From positions 1 to 64,000 of the IMG/VR virus record IMGVR_UViG_3300034111_000674: a stretch of 64,000 bases of DNA. One strand, given 5' to 3'. The stretch is from a virus. Its lineage: Duplodnaviria; Caudoviricetes. This document shows positions 17,984-28,217 of the stretch, one piece after another. Position 1 is the stretch's first letter; every line of letters starts with the position of its first letter. The notes under the pieces are model-generated. The model was not told where the DNA came from, searched no databases, and saw nothing but the letters and a program-made list of their open reading frames with translations. The position numbers and the translations under genes are program-made.

Positions 17984-19726
17984 ATGCCGTATAGTCAAAA
18001 TTGGTTGGAAGATCCATCTGCAACGAGAGTAATCCTTGTAGTTGCTACAATTTATAAAGTTAAAGCACCTGGCATAGGAGACGTAAATCTCTATTTTTCA
18101 ACAGGTGGGTATAATACTACCGATGGTCTTGCGGTATTTACTCCTGTGATTGCCAATCGTTTAACCCTTTCAGAGTCGCTGTCGAAAGACGGTGGCTCTG
18201 TTGGGATGACTTTTGGTGATATTGAAATTCATAATTTAAATGGCGAATTAGATATATATCTGGATCCAACAGAATACATATGGAGCAATCGACCTATTAA
18301 AATATACTATGGAGATCCAGGCTGGACCTCTACTTTGCCTAATTTATCCACAGAGTTCTTGACCATATTTGATGGTATAATGGATGATATAGACAGTAGA
18401 TTGATCAGAGCTGTCAACATAAAAGTACGAGATAAGCTGGAACGGCTAAATGCTCCGGTAATTGAAAATAAGATTGGAACATACGGAACTTGGGCAGGCG
18501 GTCAAAAAAATCAAGACCAACTTAGACCAATCATATTTGGAGAAGTGTTTAATATTACTCCAGTTTTAATCGATCCTCGAAATTTGGAGTATATGGTAAA
18601 TACCAGTGTTCCAGATCAAGTAGTAGGGATTGCCACAAATGGTGCCTGTGAAAATATCATAGAAATAAGAGATAATGGTGTTCCTATATACGGAACAGTA
18701 AATGCTACCAGTATAATTAGGGGTTCAAAGTACACGATTAAAACTCTGGGAACTACAAATTTTGTAAACATAGGTGCCAGTTCTAACACTGTGGGAGTGG
18801 AATTTACAGCTACAGGTACAGGTACTGGTAGCGGTACTGCTACTATTGCTGGCGCATATGTTGATCTTGCCACAGGAACTTTTAAATTACGAGCACCTCC
18901 AGTAGGTACTATTACTGCTAGTGTTCAGGGTATTCAAAAATCAACAAACCTGTCCTCTGGCGCAGCACAGACTACATATGTAAATACTGTTGCAAATTTA
19001 ATAGCTACCATAGTAACACAGTTTGGAAAAAGTAGTACTAGATTAGGTGCGTCGGATGTAGATTGGACAAACTTTAATACTTTTAATACTACCAATGGGG
19101 CTCAGGAAGTAGGGGTTTATTTGGGCGGTACAGAAAACGTACTAGTAACATGTCAACAAATAGCCAGTAGTATCGCTAGTCAAATAGTAATGTCTAGGTT
19201 GGGTAAGTTGCAGATATATCAATTTGGAGCCACGTCTTCAACAGTTTTTACAGATGTTGGAGTAGATGACATGATATTTAATAGTTTAAGTATTTCAAAT
19301 AGATATGCTGTGCAAGCTGCAGTAAAGTTAGCGTTTGCTAAAAATTGGACTGTACAAACAGACTTACTAACCAATATACCTTATGCAAATAAAGAAAATC
19401 TGGCAACTGAGTGGCTAACAGCAACAGGTAAAGACGAAACCGTAAAATCTAATTATAAACTAGATGTTGACCCGCTGCAAATAGATACAATGTTGATAAG
19501 CGATATAGATGCTTCTGCGGAGGCGTCTAGACTACTAAACTATTACAAAACTGTTAGAACATGCTATAAATTTACTGGAAAATCTAAATTATTGAGTTTG
19601 ACTCTTGGCAGTACTGTAAATTTAAAACATCCAAGATTTAATCTCTCTGCTGGTAGGTTGGGTCAAGTTATATCACTAAATCCCGACTGGTTGTCTGGAA
19701 GAGTTGAAGTAGAGGTTATTATATAA
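17984..19726 (+). CDS. Tail tip hub / baseplate-like protein
   Basis: Directly after the tape measure. Motifs GDIEIHNLNGELD and RPIIFGEVFNITPVLID; C-terminal LTLGSTVNLKHPRFNL OB-like end typical of tail tip hub proteins. Confidence 0.6.
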   Translation: MPYSQNWLEDPSATRVILVVATIYKVKAPGIGDVNLYFSTGGYNTTDGLAVFTPVIANRLTLSESLSKDGGSVGMTFGDIEIHNLNGELDIYLDPTEYIWSNRPIKIYYGDPGWTSTLPNLSTEFLTIFDGIMDDIDSRLIRAVNIKVRDKLERLNAPVIENKIGTYGTWAGGQKNQDQLRPIIFGEVFNITPVLIDPRNLEYMVNTSVPDQVVGIATNGACENIIEIRDNGVPIYGTVNATSIIRGSKYTIKTLGTTNFVNIGASSNTVGVEFTATGTGTGSGTATIAGAYVDLATGTFKLRAPPVGTITASVQGIQKSTNLSSGAAQTTYVNTVANLIATIVTQFGKSSTRLGASDVDWTNFNTFNTTNGAQEVGVYLGGTENVLVTCQQIASSIASQIVMSRLGKLQIYQFGATSSTVFTDVGVDDMIFNSLSISNRYAVQAAVKLAFAKNWTVQTDLLTNIPYANKENLATEWLTATGKDETVKSNYKLDVDPLQIDTMLISDIDASAEASRLLNYYKTVRTCYKFTGKSKLLSLTLGSTVNLKHPRFNLSAGRLGQVISLNPDWLSGRVEVEVII

Positions 19727-22700
19727 TGGCAGTAACTATCAATACAAGACAGTTGATGCTGGAAAGCAGCACTTTTAGAACAAATGTTTCTGACTGTGTT
19801 ATTTCTGCCAGCGACAACCAATTTATAAGACTAGAATCAAGCGGTACTATTACTCCTGCGGCTATTACGTTAAATGCCATTGTATATAACATTGTTAATC
19901 CCGCATATATCTGGGAGTATAAAAATAATGCCAGTAGTCCCACAGATTGGACTGTAATATCTGGGGCTACATCTAGCAGCCTTTCAATTACTAGTACTCA
20001 GATTAATACCTACAAAGGCACAGACGGTACAGAAGTGATCTTTAGAGTCACCACTTCAGATAGTGTTAACACTGATATAAAACCAAGTTCTGCCGTACAA
20101 GTAATAGACTACTACGATGAGTTAAATGATGTAGTATCCATTATCAATAACAGCACAAATATTGTTTTAGCTTGCAATACTGCGGGAACTCCCAATTCGC
20201 TTACTAATACCGGTCTTAGTTTGCAAGTAACAATAAATGGTAAATACTTACCGTATTCTACAAGTGGGGCTAATAGTTGGAGTATAGGTACCCCCACTAT
20301 TACGCCGAACAGTGTCACCTTAGGTACTGGCGGCCCATCGGGCGATAACCTTACATATACCTACAATAATATAACAGCAATTACCGCTGATGAGGTATTA
20401 GTGTCTTTTCCTATTACCATACGTAATAGTGCTGGAATTAACAGAACAGTAAGAAATACTGTACAAAAATTTATAAAGAATAGACCCGGGGCCCCCGGCC
20501 TTAGTGTTGTACTTACTAACGACAGCCATGCAGTACCTTCTAATACTGACGGGTCTAGCCCAATTCTAACAGGTAGTGGAACTGATATTTATGTCTATGA
20601 TGGAGCCACTCAACTAACCTACGACGCAACAGGTATAGCAACAGGAACTTGGACAATATCAACAGGTATAGTAAGTAATGTAACACCTGGTACTTTTAGC
20701 GATCAGGGAGCGTTTGCTAGGTCATCAGACCTAACAGCAATGGTAGGCGATACCGGATATATAACATATAATATTTCTGGAAAAACTCTGATTGGTACAA
20801 ATTTTTCTTTTACTAAAACTCAAACGTTTAGTAAAGCTAAAAACGGGCAAGCAGCCACTTGGTATGACATAGTGAGCAGTACCCCTGTAGTCTACAAAAA
20901 TTCTCCATCAAACACAGTTACGGGCGCATTTTCTCCTATTAGAGTAGATGGATACAAATACGTTGGTGATACAAAAGCCCTGTATGGTTGGCTAAAAATA
21001 ACCCCATTTATAAACGGTATCGCCCAAACTCCTGGATACATCTATAACAGCTATAACAGTACTCCTGATAGCACAGACCAAGCTACCTCTTATACAGTAA
21101 CTCTACATGACAATACCAACCCCAGTGCTACTCCTGTCCAAGTAAACGGTTCCCCAATTTTAGATACACAAGAGTTTAGAGTAGCATTTAAAGGTAATCC
21201 TGGCATTGACCCAGTATTTATAGATCTAACAAACGATAATGTAACTATAGCTACGGCTTTTGACGGTAGCGGCGGAAACTATGCTAATGCTAGCAGTAAC
21301 GTGATATTGACTAGCGGCACTACCAGTGTGCTGTCCTCAGCCACTATTACTATAACACCCAGTACGGGGGTAACATACAACCACACTAGAAACGGTACTA
21401 CTACCAGTGGATTAACTACCGCGGCTAACTTAGCTCTTGGTACAACAACCCTAAATATAGCAATAACTGCTTTGAGTCAAGATAACGGTACACTGACAGT
21501 TGCCGCAACTTTTGGTTCAATAGTATATACTGTTATATTTACTGTATCAAAAGCCAAAGGTGGTGCTAATGGAGAACCAGCAGTAGTTTATGAAGTAGAG
21601 TCTAACTCAAGTTTTGCACTTAATCTTAATACATCGTCCATAACTCCGTCTTCAGTACTCTACAGTGCTTGGTCTACCACAGGTACAGCAGCTAGAGCTA
21701 GTTTTGGTAATGGAAGTATAGTTGTACAAAGAAGTGCAGACGGCATTACTTGGACTGGTATCAGTACAACCAATGCAGGCAGTGTGTCACTATCAAGCGG
21801 TAGTTTGGCAGCTACAGACAGGTTTGTAAGAGCTATATTATACACGGGACCTAATTCTACTGGTACTATAGTAGATCAAGAAACTACTCCTATTGCCATA
21901 AGCGGGATTAACGGGGCTAACGGTACCAGCCCCATAATTATAGATCTGTCAAACGACAATGTCTCAGTAGCCACCGCTAATAATGGTACCGGCGGAAGCT
22001 ACACCAGTGCTAATACCGACGTTACACTGGTTAGCGGTACTTCAAGCGTTTTGTCTTCAGCAACATTTACTATCACTCCTAGCGCAGGAGTAATCTATAG
22101 TTATACTAGAAACGGATCGGTAGTTACTGGCCAGACTACAGCTGTAAACCTGGGAGTTAGTACTACTAGTTTAAATATTGCTATTACTGCTTTGAGCGGA
22201 GATAGCGGAACCCTTACTGTTGTAGCAACTTATAATGCAGCAACTTATACAGCAATATTTACTGTATCTAAAGCAAAAGCCGGAACAGATGGTTCTCCAG
22301 CTACAGTTTATGAAGTAGAGGGCGGCACAAATTTTAACTTTAATATAAATACTGGAGCAATAACACCATCTTCGGTCACGTACAACGCGTATTCAACTAC
22401 AGGCACATCAGCCAGAACTAGTTTTAGTAGTGGTAGTATTATAATACAAAGAAGTACCGACGGTACTAATTGGACCACTGCAACTACAGTTAATAGTTCC
22501 AGTGTTGCTTTTTCTAATGGCAATTTGACCTCTTCTGACAGATTTGTAAGAGCAATATTATACAGCCAACCAAGCGGCGGCGGCAATATTGTGGATATAG
22601 AAACTACTCCTATTGCCATAAGCGGTATTAATGGATCTAACGGCACCAGTCCTGTATTCATAGATTTATCAAACGACAATGTCTCGGTAGCTACAGCCAG

Positions 22701-24603
22701 TGACGGCACCGGCGGAAGTTATACTAGTGCTAATACTGACGTTACATTGTTTAGTGGTACTTTAAGTGTCCTGTCTTCGGCAACATTTACTATCACTCCT
22801 AGCGCAGGAGTAATCTATAGTTATACTAGAAACGGATCGGTAGTTACTGGACAGACTACAGCTGTAAACCTGGGAGTTAGTACTACTAGTTTAAATATTG
22901 GTATTACTGCCTTGAGTGGAGATAGCGGGACCCTTACTGTTGTAGCAACTTATAATGCAGCAACTTATACAGCAATATTTACTGTATCTAAAGCAAAAGC
23001 TGGTACTAACGGTGCTCCTGCTACAGTTTATGAAGTAGAATCTAATGGTTCTTTTGCAGTAAATGTCAATACCAGTACTATAACACCGTCTTCTGTTAGT
23101 TATAGCGCATTCTCGACCACAGGTACGTCCGCTAGAACTAGCTATAGTAGCGGAAGTATAGTTCTACAAAGAAGTGGAGACGGTACTAATTGGACCACTG
23201 TTAGTACAACTAACGCAGCTAGCGCCAGTCTTAGTAATGGTAGTTTGGCATCTACAGATCGATTTGTAAGAGCTCAACTATACACAAACCCTGGCGGCGG
23301 TGGCACTTTAGTAGATGTAGAAACTACTCCTATTTCTGTAAGCGGAACCAATGGAAGTAACGGTAATCCGGGCTCCCCAGGCGGTCCAGGACCTAGAAAT
23401 GTACAAATTTACTACTATTACACAGTAGGAACAAGTACTGCGCCCAGCGCACCTAGCACCAGTCAGTTAAGTTATAATTTTAGTAATAATACTGCTAGTA
23501 GTACCAATGCAAATTGGACAAATACATTTCCGTCTCCTAACGCTGGCCAGAATACACAGTTAAATAAATACTGGGCTATACTTGTTACTTTTAGTGAGAG
23601 CACCTATGGCGGCTCACAAAATACTCCTGTTATAGTAGGACCTTTTAATTGGCTTAATTTTGATGGTTTAGTAACTTTTACCAATCTAGCTAATAGAACT
23701 AATGCAGCAGGAAATGTAGCCACTTTTATTGATGGCGGCGCAATAACAACAGGTACTATTTCAGTAGATAGTATAAAGTCAGGCACAACCAGTACCGCTT
23801 CAGGAAGAGTTTTTGGTTTAGGCGTTAATGCCAACCTTAATGGTCAGTTAGCAAGTATAATCGCAGATGCTCTTTCTCCTGCGCCTACAGGTACAAGCGG
23901 GGCCTGCTTTACTTCTAGTGTAGTCAGTGGTTATGGTGCACTGATTGGAGCTACTGAGACTCCTGCTTCAAATGGTGCTTTAGGAGTTTATAACGCTAAA
24001 ACTACTGCCTACAATACCTTTAATTGCGGAGTTACCATTGGATTAAATGATAGAGTCGCATATGGAAGACGTGTTAATAGTAATTTAAGTAATGTAATTA
24101 CCGACTTTTCGTTATCTCATACAGATTATGGTGGTTCTTTTGCTTATCATAATGCTGCAGGCACAGCCGGCACTGGGGCGACTAAATATGCAACACTTGC
24201 TACTAGTAGCTACAGTGCATATCTTTTTGGTGATGCGTACTGTGTAGGAAGTATATTTGCAACAGGTAATGTGGTAGGATATGCTACTTCCGATAAGAGA
24301 CATAAAACTAACATTAAAAACATACCAAATTGTTTAAATATAGTAAGTCAAATCAACGGGGTTAGCTATACTTGGACTGATAAATACTATAACGGTCTTC
24401 CAGCAGAAGCACATAAACTGGTAAAGAAAAACGAGATTGGTGTTATTGCCCAAGAAGTCCGAGAAGTACTACCAGAAATAGTAAACGAAGACGATGACGG
24501 TATGTTGGCCGTTAATTACGAAAGAATAGTGCCTGTTCTAATAGAGGCAATAAAGGAGCTTAAATTGAGAGTAGAAGTTTTGGAAGGCAGACAAAATGGC
24601 TAA
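19726..24603 (+). CDS. Tail fibre/spike with internal repeats and C-terminal peptidase S74 intramolecular chaperone
   Basis: C-terminal SDKRHKTNIK...GVSYTW...IGVIAQEV...VNYERIVPVLIEAIKEL; three 240-aa internal repeats; collagen-like GxP linkers. Confidence 0.85.
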   Translation: MAVTINTRQLMLESSTFRTNVSDCVISASDNQFIRLESSGTITPAAITLNAIVYNIVNPAYIWEYKNNASSPTDWTVISGATSSSLSITSTQINTYKGTDGTEVIFRVTTSDSVNTDIKPSSAVQVIDYYDELNDVVSIINNSTNIVLACNTAGTPNSLTNTGLSLQVTINGKYLPYSTSGANSWSIGTPTITPNSVTLGTGGPSGDNLTYTYNNITAITADEVLVSFPITIRNSAGINRTVRNTVQKFIKNRPGAPGLSVVLTNDSHAVPSNTDGSSPILTGSGTDIYVYDGATQLTYDATGIATGTWTISTGIVSNVTPGTFSDQGAFARSSDLTAMVGDTGYITYNISGKTLIGTNFSFTKTQTFSKAKNGQAATWYDIVSSTPVVYKNSPSNTVTGAFSPIRVDGYKYVGDTKALYGWLKITPFINGIAQTPGYIYNSYNSTPDSTDQATSYTVTLHDNTNPSATPVQVNGSPILDTQEFRVAFKGNPGIDPVFIDLTNDNVTIATAFDGSGGNYANASSNVILTSGTTSVLSSATITITPSTGVTYNHTRNGTTTSGLTTAANLALGTTTLNIAITALSQDNGTLTVAATFGSIVYTVIFTVSKAKGGANGEPAVVYEVESNSSFALNLNTSSITPSSVLYSAWSTTGTAARASFGNGSIVVQRSADGITWTGISTTNAGSVSLSSGSLAATDRFVRAILYTGPNSTGTIVDQETTPIAISGINGANGTSPIIIDLSNDNVSVATANNGTGGSYTSANTDVTLVSGTSSVLSSATFTITPSAGVIYSYTRNGSVVTGQTTAVNLGVSTTSLNIAITALSGDSGTLTVVATYNAATYTAIFTVSKAKAGTDGSPATVYEVEGGTNFNFNINTGAITPSSVTYNAYSTTGTSARTSFSSGSIIIQRSTDGTNWTTATTVNSSSVAFSNGNLTSSDRFVRAILYSQPSGGGNIVDIETTPIAISGINGSNGTSPVFIDLSNDNVSVATASDGTGGSYTSANTDVTLFSGTLSVLSSATFTITPSAGVIYSYTRNGSVVTGQTTAVNLGVSTTSLNIGITALSGDSGTLTVVATYNAATYTAIFTVSKAKAGTNGAPATVYEVESNGSFAVNVNTSTITPSSVSYSAFSTTGTSARTSYSSGSIVLQRSGDGTNWTTVSTTNAASASLSNGSLASTDRFVRAQLYTNPGGGGTLVDVETTPISVSGTNGSNGNPGSPGGPGPRNVQIYYYYTVGTSTAPSAPSTSQLSYNFSNNTASSTNANWTNTFPSPNAGQNTQLNKYWAILVTFSESTYGGSQNTPVIVGPFNWLNFDGLVTFTNLANRTNAAGNVATFIDGGAITTGTISVDSIKSGTTSTASGRVFGLGVNANLNGQLASIIADALSPAPTGTSGACFTSSVVSGYGALIGATETPASNGALGVYNAKTTAYNTFNCGVTIGLNDRVAYGRRVNSNLSNVITDFSLSHTDYGGSFAYHNAAGTAGTGATKYATLATSSYSAYLFGDAYCVGSIFATGNVVGYATSDKRHKTNIKNIPNCLNIVSQINGVSYTWTDKYYNGLPAEAHKLVKKNEIGVIAQEVREVLPEIVNEDDDGMLAVNYERIVPVLIEAIKELKLRVEVLEGRQNG
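21211..23370 (+). repeat. Three tandem 720-bp (240-aa) units in the tail fibre gene
   Basis: Units start at 21211, 21931 and 22651 (P-x-x-IDL-x-NDNV). Units 2 and 3 are nearly identical over about 22081-22280 versus 22801-23000. Confidence 0.92.
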
Positions 24604-24928
24604 TTACAACGAAACAACCACAATTGGTACCGTTTGGAAAAGAGCTTTTAGATTGTCTATTGAAAACCCGCTGGACAGCAATCAGCAAAAATATATTAAA
24701 ATTTTTGAAGAAAATGTAGTAGATATTGGTGGTAGGACTCTACGTGAACCCGTGGGAACTATAGATGTTTTTTACAATCCTTCAGAGGTGATAGAACTAA
24801 GAGATGTAAACACCGGAGAGTTTAGTTCTAGTAGTGTTTCACAGGCTTATCTATATCAAATATTGTACAGCCTGTACCGCAACAAAGCAATAGAACGGGA
24901 TAATACTCCAGATGACTTTACCATCTAG
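24596..24928 (+). CDS. Small tail-fibre-associated protein
   Basis: 110 aa; overlaps the end of the S74 fibre gene and the start of the next gene; no catalytic motif. Confidence 0.5.
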   Translation: MANYNETTTIGTVWKRAFRLSIENPLDSNQQKYIKIFEENVVDIGGRTLREPVGTIDVFYNPSEVIELRDVNTGEFSSSSVSQAYLYQILYSLYRNKAIERDNTPDDFTI

Positions 24929-26516
24929 TGGTCAGATTGCACTGAGTAATGTAAATGTGGAGCTTGGTTACGGCTCAACGCAATATATTACTTTGAATGA
25001 TACTTTGGTAAGAAATTTGGCAGCACGTCCAACTGCTGGTTCTATTATAAGTATGCCTTCAGATTTTTGGGGTAAATCTGCAGTAACTACAACCTATTCC
25101 CTAACAAGTAGTAGCCCAAATGTTAATGAGGGCAGTAGTGTAACTTTTACTATTGGTGGTACACAAATTACTAACGGCACATACTACTGGACCGTTAGTA
25201 ATTTTGGCGACTTTGGAGTTGCTGGAGGAAGTGTTGTAGTTACTAATAATTCCGGATCTTTTTCAGTCACACCAACTGCAGATAACCTAACAGAAGGTGC
25301 GGAAACTTTTTATGCCTTTTTAAAATCAGGAAGTACTTCAGGACCTATACTAGCCACAAGCAATGTAGTAACAATCAATGATACAAGTCAAACACCTGGT
25401 AGTAGCTATACTATATATCCAAGTGTTTCCAGCGTAAATGAAGGCGGTACTGTAACTTTTACTGTTGGTGGCTCAAATATTACTAACGGCACATACTACT
25501 GGACAGTTACTAATGCTGGAGATTTCAATACTAGCTCCGGATCTTTTAGTATAAATAGCAATAGCGGATCGTTTTCGGTAACAGCAACTGCTGACTTAAC
25601 AACAGAAGGTAACGAAAGTTTTACTGCAAGTGTCCGTTCTGGCAGTATTTCCGGACCTGTACTGGTAACAAGTTCCTCTGTTTTAATTAATGATACAAGT
25701 CAGACGCCACCACCTGCTACCTACACTATATCACCAAGCGCTTCCAATGTTAATGAGGGCAGCACTCTGACTTTTAATGTAGGCGGCACAAATATTGCTA
25801 ATGGTACCTATTACTGGACAGTTACTAATGCTGGAGATTTTAATACTAGTTTCGGATCTTTTAGTATAAATAGCAATAGCGGATCGTTTTCGGTAACACC
25901 AAACTCTGACCTAACAACAGAAGGTAACGAAAGTTTTACTGCAAGTGTCCGTTCTGGCAGTATTTCTGGACCTGTACTGGTAACAAGTTCCAATATTACA
26001 ATTAATGATACTAGCGGTAATCCAACTGTGTTTACTCCTTACCCTAATCTTGGAATTCCACCAAATAGTGTAGTACCGGCTTCCAATGCTCGTACTTCAC
26101 TCAGCAACACTAACAGTTTTGGTATAAGAAACCGTTTAACGTTTATTAAACAAACTACAAATGTACGGGGCACTTTTAGGCAGTCAACTAGTATTTTTAA
26201 CCAAAATTTTAGTGGAACATTTACCCCCGTTGGAGGTACTCCTTATGGCATCGGCCCCTTGCCTAGCTCGCCGGCAGGCTTTCTAAAATTTACTTTACTT
26301 TCCACTAGTGGAACTATTTCAAACAATACTACTCCAACAGCTTGGACACAGATTACAACAACTGGGCCAGAGATATCCGTAAATCGACCAGGCGTCAATA
26401 ATCCAGCATCTGTAGGAACATCTGAAGCCACTTTTAGAATAGACTATTCTCCTACAGGATCTGATGGGAATATTACAGCGACTACTACTGTAATAATGCG
26501 TATGACAATAACTTAA
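24912..26516 (+). CDS. Tail fibre tip/adhesin with three Calx-beta/Ig-like repeats
   Basis: N-terminal MTLPSSGQIALSNVNVELG, a common distal-fibre attachment motif. Three ~105-aa repeats Y-x-x-x-x-S-x-x-x-VNEG-x-x-x-TF...YYWTV...INDTS. Confidence 0.7.
   Translation: MTLPSSGQIALSNVNVELGYGSTQYITLNDTLVRNLAARPTAGSIISMPSDFWGKSAVTTTYSLTSSSPNVNEGSSVTFTIGGTQITNGTYYWTVSNFGDFGVAGGSVVVTNNSGSFSVTPTADNLTEGAETFYAFLKSGSTSGPILATSNVVTINDTSQTPGSSYTIYPSVSSVNEGGTVTFTVGGSNITNGTYYWTVTNAGDFNTSSGSFSINSNSGSFSVTATADLTTEGNESFTASVRSGSISGPVLVTSSSVLINDTSQTPPPATYTISPSASNVNEGSTLTFNVGGTNIANGTYYWTVTNAGDFNTSFGSFSINSNSGSFSVTPNSDLTTEGNESFTASVRSGSISGPVLVTSSNITINDTSGNPTVFTPYPNLGIPPNSVVPASNARTSLSNTNSFGIRNRLTFIKQTTNVRGTFRQSTSIFNQNFSGTFTPVGGTPYGIGPLPSSPAGFLKFTLLSTSGTISNNTTPTAWTQITTTGPEISVNRPGVNNPASVGTSEATFRIDYSPTGSDGNITATTTVIMRMTIT
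25095..26015 (+). repeat. Three Calx-beta-like repeats (312 and 315 bp period)
   Basis: The TACTGGAC anchor (YW) has its GGAC at 25189, 25501 and 25816. Units 2 and 3 are near-identical in DNA over about 190 bp. Confidence 0.9.
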
Positions 26517-26539
26517 TTAATAATTGACAGGAGATTAGT

Positions 26540-27466
26540 GTGCCAAATTTAAGAATTATTTACCAAAATCAAGTAGATCTATCTACTACTACTATTACAT
26601 CTTCTAGTAACCAAACCGCATCTACTACAGTAAGTAATCTTAGAACAGACACTAAGAGTTTGGTATGGAGAACTGTACCAACTACATCCTCTGGTACGCA
26701 AGTATACGGCAATCTTATAGTAGATTTAGGATCCACAAAAACTGTGGGTGGTGTGGTGTTGGCTTTTACAAACTTAAATAGTAATACTGCTACTATACGT
26801 GTTAGAGGATACGCCACTGCACCAATTCATGCAGGTGACTTAGTAAATACCCCCGATGTACTTGGAACCAGTATATACGATACCGGCAACGTTCAGTGTT
26901 GTCCTTGGAATTCACTAAGCCTACCTAGTTGGGGAACAAATCCAGTAAATTCTTCAAATTACAGTTATGGTGGTGGAACGTATGCAAGAGTATGGTTTCC
27001 TAGTTCTAGCGCCATCGGTGTAAGGTATCTAAGTATACAAATTATAGACAATTATGCTACTAGTGGTGTTGGTAGATTTATAGAAGTGTCTAGGCTTATA
27101 ATAGGCAGTTACTGGAGTCCAAAATATAATACAAGTTTTGGTATGACTAGTGGAATTAAAGATCTAAGCGAACATATAAGAACAGAGAGCGGTGATTTAT
27201 TAACAGTAAGAGGTCCGCGATATCAAAGCCTAAGTTTTGATATGAATTGGCTAGATACTAGTGATCGCATAGATATGACAAAAATTTTGTTGGGTAACGG
27301 CATGAGCAGGCCGGTGCTGGTAAGTCTATTCCCAGATGAAACTACCACGAGTGGTTTCGAAAGAGAAAGGTCTCATCAAATCTATGGAAAGATTGTAGAA
27401 GTACCAGGAATCAGCTATATTCATCCAGACATATATTCTGTCGCTTTAGAGATAGAAGAAGTTTAA
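26540..27466 (+). CDS. Tail protein, probable distal-tail (Dit)-like protein with an N-terminal carbohydrate-binding-like domain
   Basis: GTG start after AGGAG. Beta-sandwich N-part (RYLSIQIID, FIEVSRLIIG); C-part RTESGD...RYQSLSF...VALEIEEV resembles Dit-type ends. Confidence 0.5.
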   Translation: MPNLRIIYQNQVDLSTTTITSSSNQTASTTVSNLRTDTKSLVWRTVPTTSSGTQVYGNLIVDLGSTKTVGGVVLAFTNLNSNTATIRVRGYATAPIHAGDLVNTPDVLGTSIYDTGNVQCCPWNSLSLPSWGTNPVNSSNYSYGGGTYARVWFPSSSAIGVRYLSIQIIDNYATSGVGRFIEVSRLIIGSYWSPKYNTSFGMTSGIKDLSEHIRTESGDLLTVRGPRYQSLSFDMNWLDTSDRIDMTKILLGNGMSRPVLVSLFPDETTTSGFERERSHQIYGKIVEVPGISYIHPDIYSVALEIEEV

Positions 27467-27477
27467 TATTTATATAT

Positions 27478-27510
27478 AAAATGCCATGCCACAAAGCATG
27501 GCATTTTTTT
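27478..27510 (+). terminator. Rho-independent terminator closing the tail-tip operon
   Basis: AAAATGCCATGC-CACAAA-GCATGGCATTTT-TTT. Confidence 0.88.
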
Positions 27511-27513
27511 GAC

Positions 27514-27542
27514 TTGAATAGTAATTCCTTTAGTGGTATAAT
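27514..27542 (+). promoter_or_regulatory. Sigma70 promoter heading cassette A
   Basis: TTGAAT (27514-27519), 17 bp spacer, TGg-TATAAT (27537-27542). Confidence 0.8.
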
Positions 27543-27586
27543 AAACCCAAAATTGGTAATACTACAAATTTTAGGAGCAACCCCAA

Positions 27587-27949
27587 ATGGCAACAACATT
27601 ATACTTTGTACAAGCTGATACACTACCACAGATAAAATTAACTTTATCTGACGAGATATCGAACTCGCCAAAGGATTTAACAGGAAAACAGGTAAGTCTA
27701 CACGCCAAACCAGCAACTGGTTCTGGTACAGCATTTTCACGGCCTGCAGTGTGGAACTCAGGAACAGAAACCGCGGATAGAAGTGCAGGAATATGCTATA
27801 TTAAGTGGCTGGCTGGTGATTTAGACAGGCCCGCTGGCGATTATGTTGCTGAAATAGAAATCTACGATGGTACTGTAAATCCGCCTACGCGCGAAACTAT
27901 TTATGAAATGTTAAAACTAGTGATCAGAGAAGATATTGCGGATATTTAA
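27587..27949 (+). CDS. BppU N-terminal-like / fibre adaptor protein
   Basis: VQADTLPQIKLTL...DLTG...GDYVAEIEI pattern of BppU-N / p132-type Ig-like adaptors. Confidence 0.65.
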   Translation: MATTLYFVQADTLPQIKLTLSDEISNSPKDLTGKQVSLHAKPATGSGTAFSRPAVWNSGTETADRSAGICYIKWLAGDLDRPAGDYVAEIEIYDGTVNPPTRETIYEMLKLVIREDIADI

Positions 27950-27995
27950 TCTCGTAATACTTCGGTCATTGTCCTCAGCACTGGGAGGTTGATAT

Positions 27996-28208
27996 ATGGC
28001 TGAAAGTACAGCTAGCTTAGTTTCCTGTATAAAAGCAAACATCGTTAAAGTTTCACAACTAGCTGCAAATGCCACTATTAATCAACAGAGAACAAAAATA
28101 TTAAATATAGTTGATACAAGTAAAACTAAAGCAACTATAGTTACTAGTCGAGTCATAGCAAACGTAGAATTATTAGGCAGTAGCAGTGTTGTGTTAATAT
28201 ACTGGTAG
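27996..28208 (+). CDS. Small hypothetical protein (beta-strand rich)
   Basis: 70 aa with a GGGAGG RBS; shares SKTKA with a segment of the downstream giant ORF. Confidence 0.6.
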   Translation: MAESTASLVSCIKANIVKVSQLAANATINQQRTKILNIVDTSKTKATIVTSRVIANVELLGSSSVVLIYW

Positions 28209-28217
28209 GATTAAATT

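Noticed and set aside
25490-25995. Near-identical repeat pair as a diversity-generating retroelement TR/VR
   Set aside because: Differences are mostly C/T and not adenine-specific, both copies are in-frame domains, and no reverse transcriptase is present in the window.
27509-27514. TTGACT as the -35 box of the cassette A promoter
   Set aside because: It gives a 22-bp spacer; the overlapping TTGAAT gives 17 bp.
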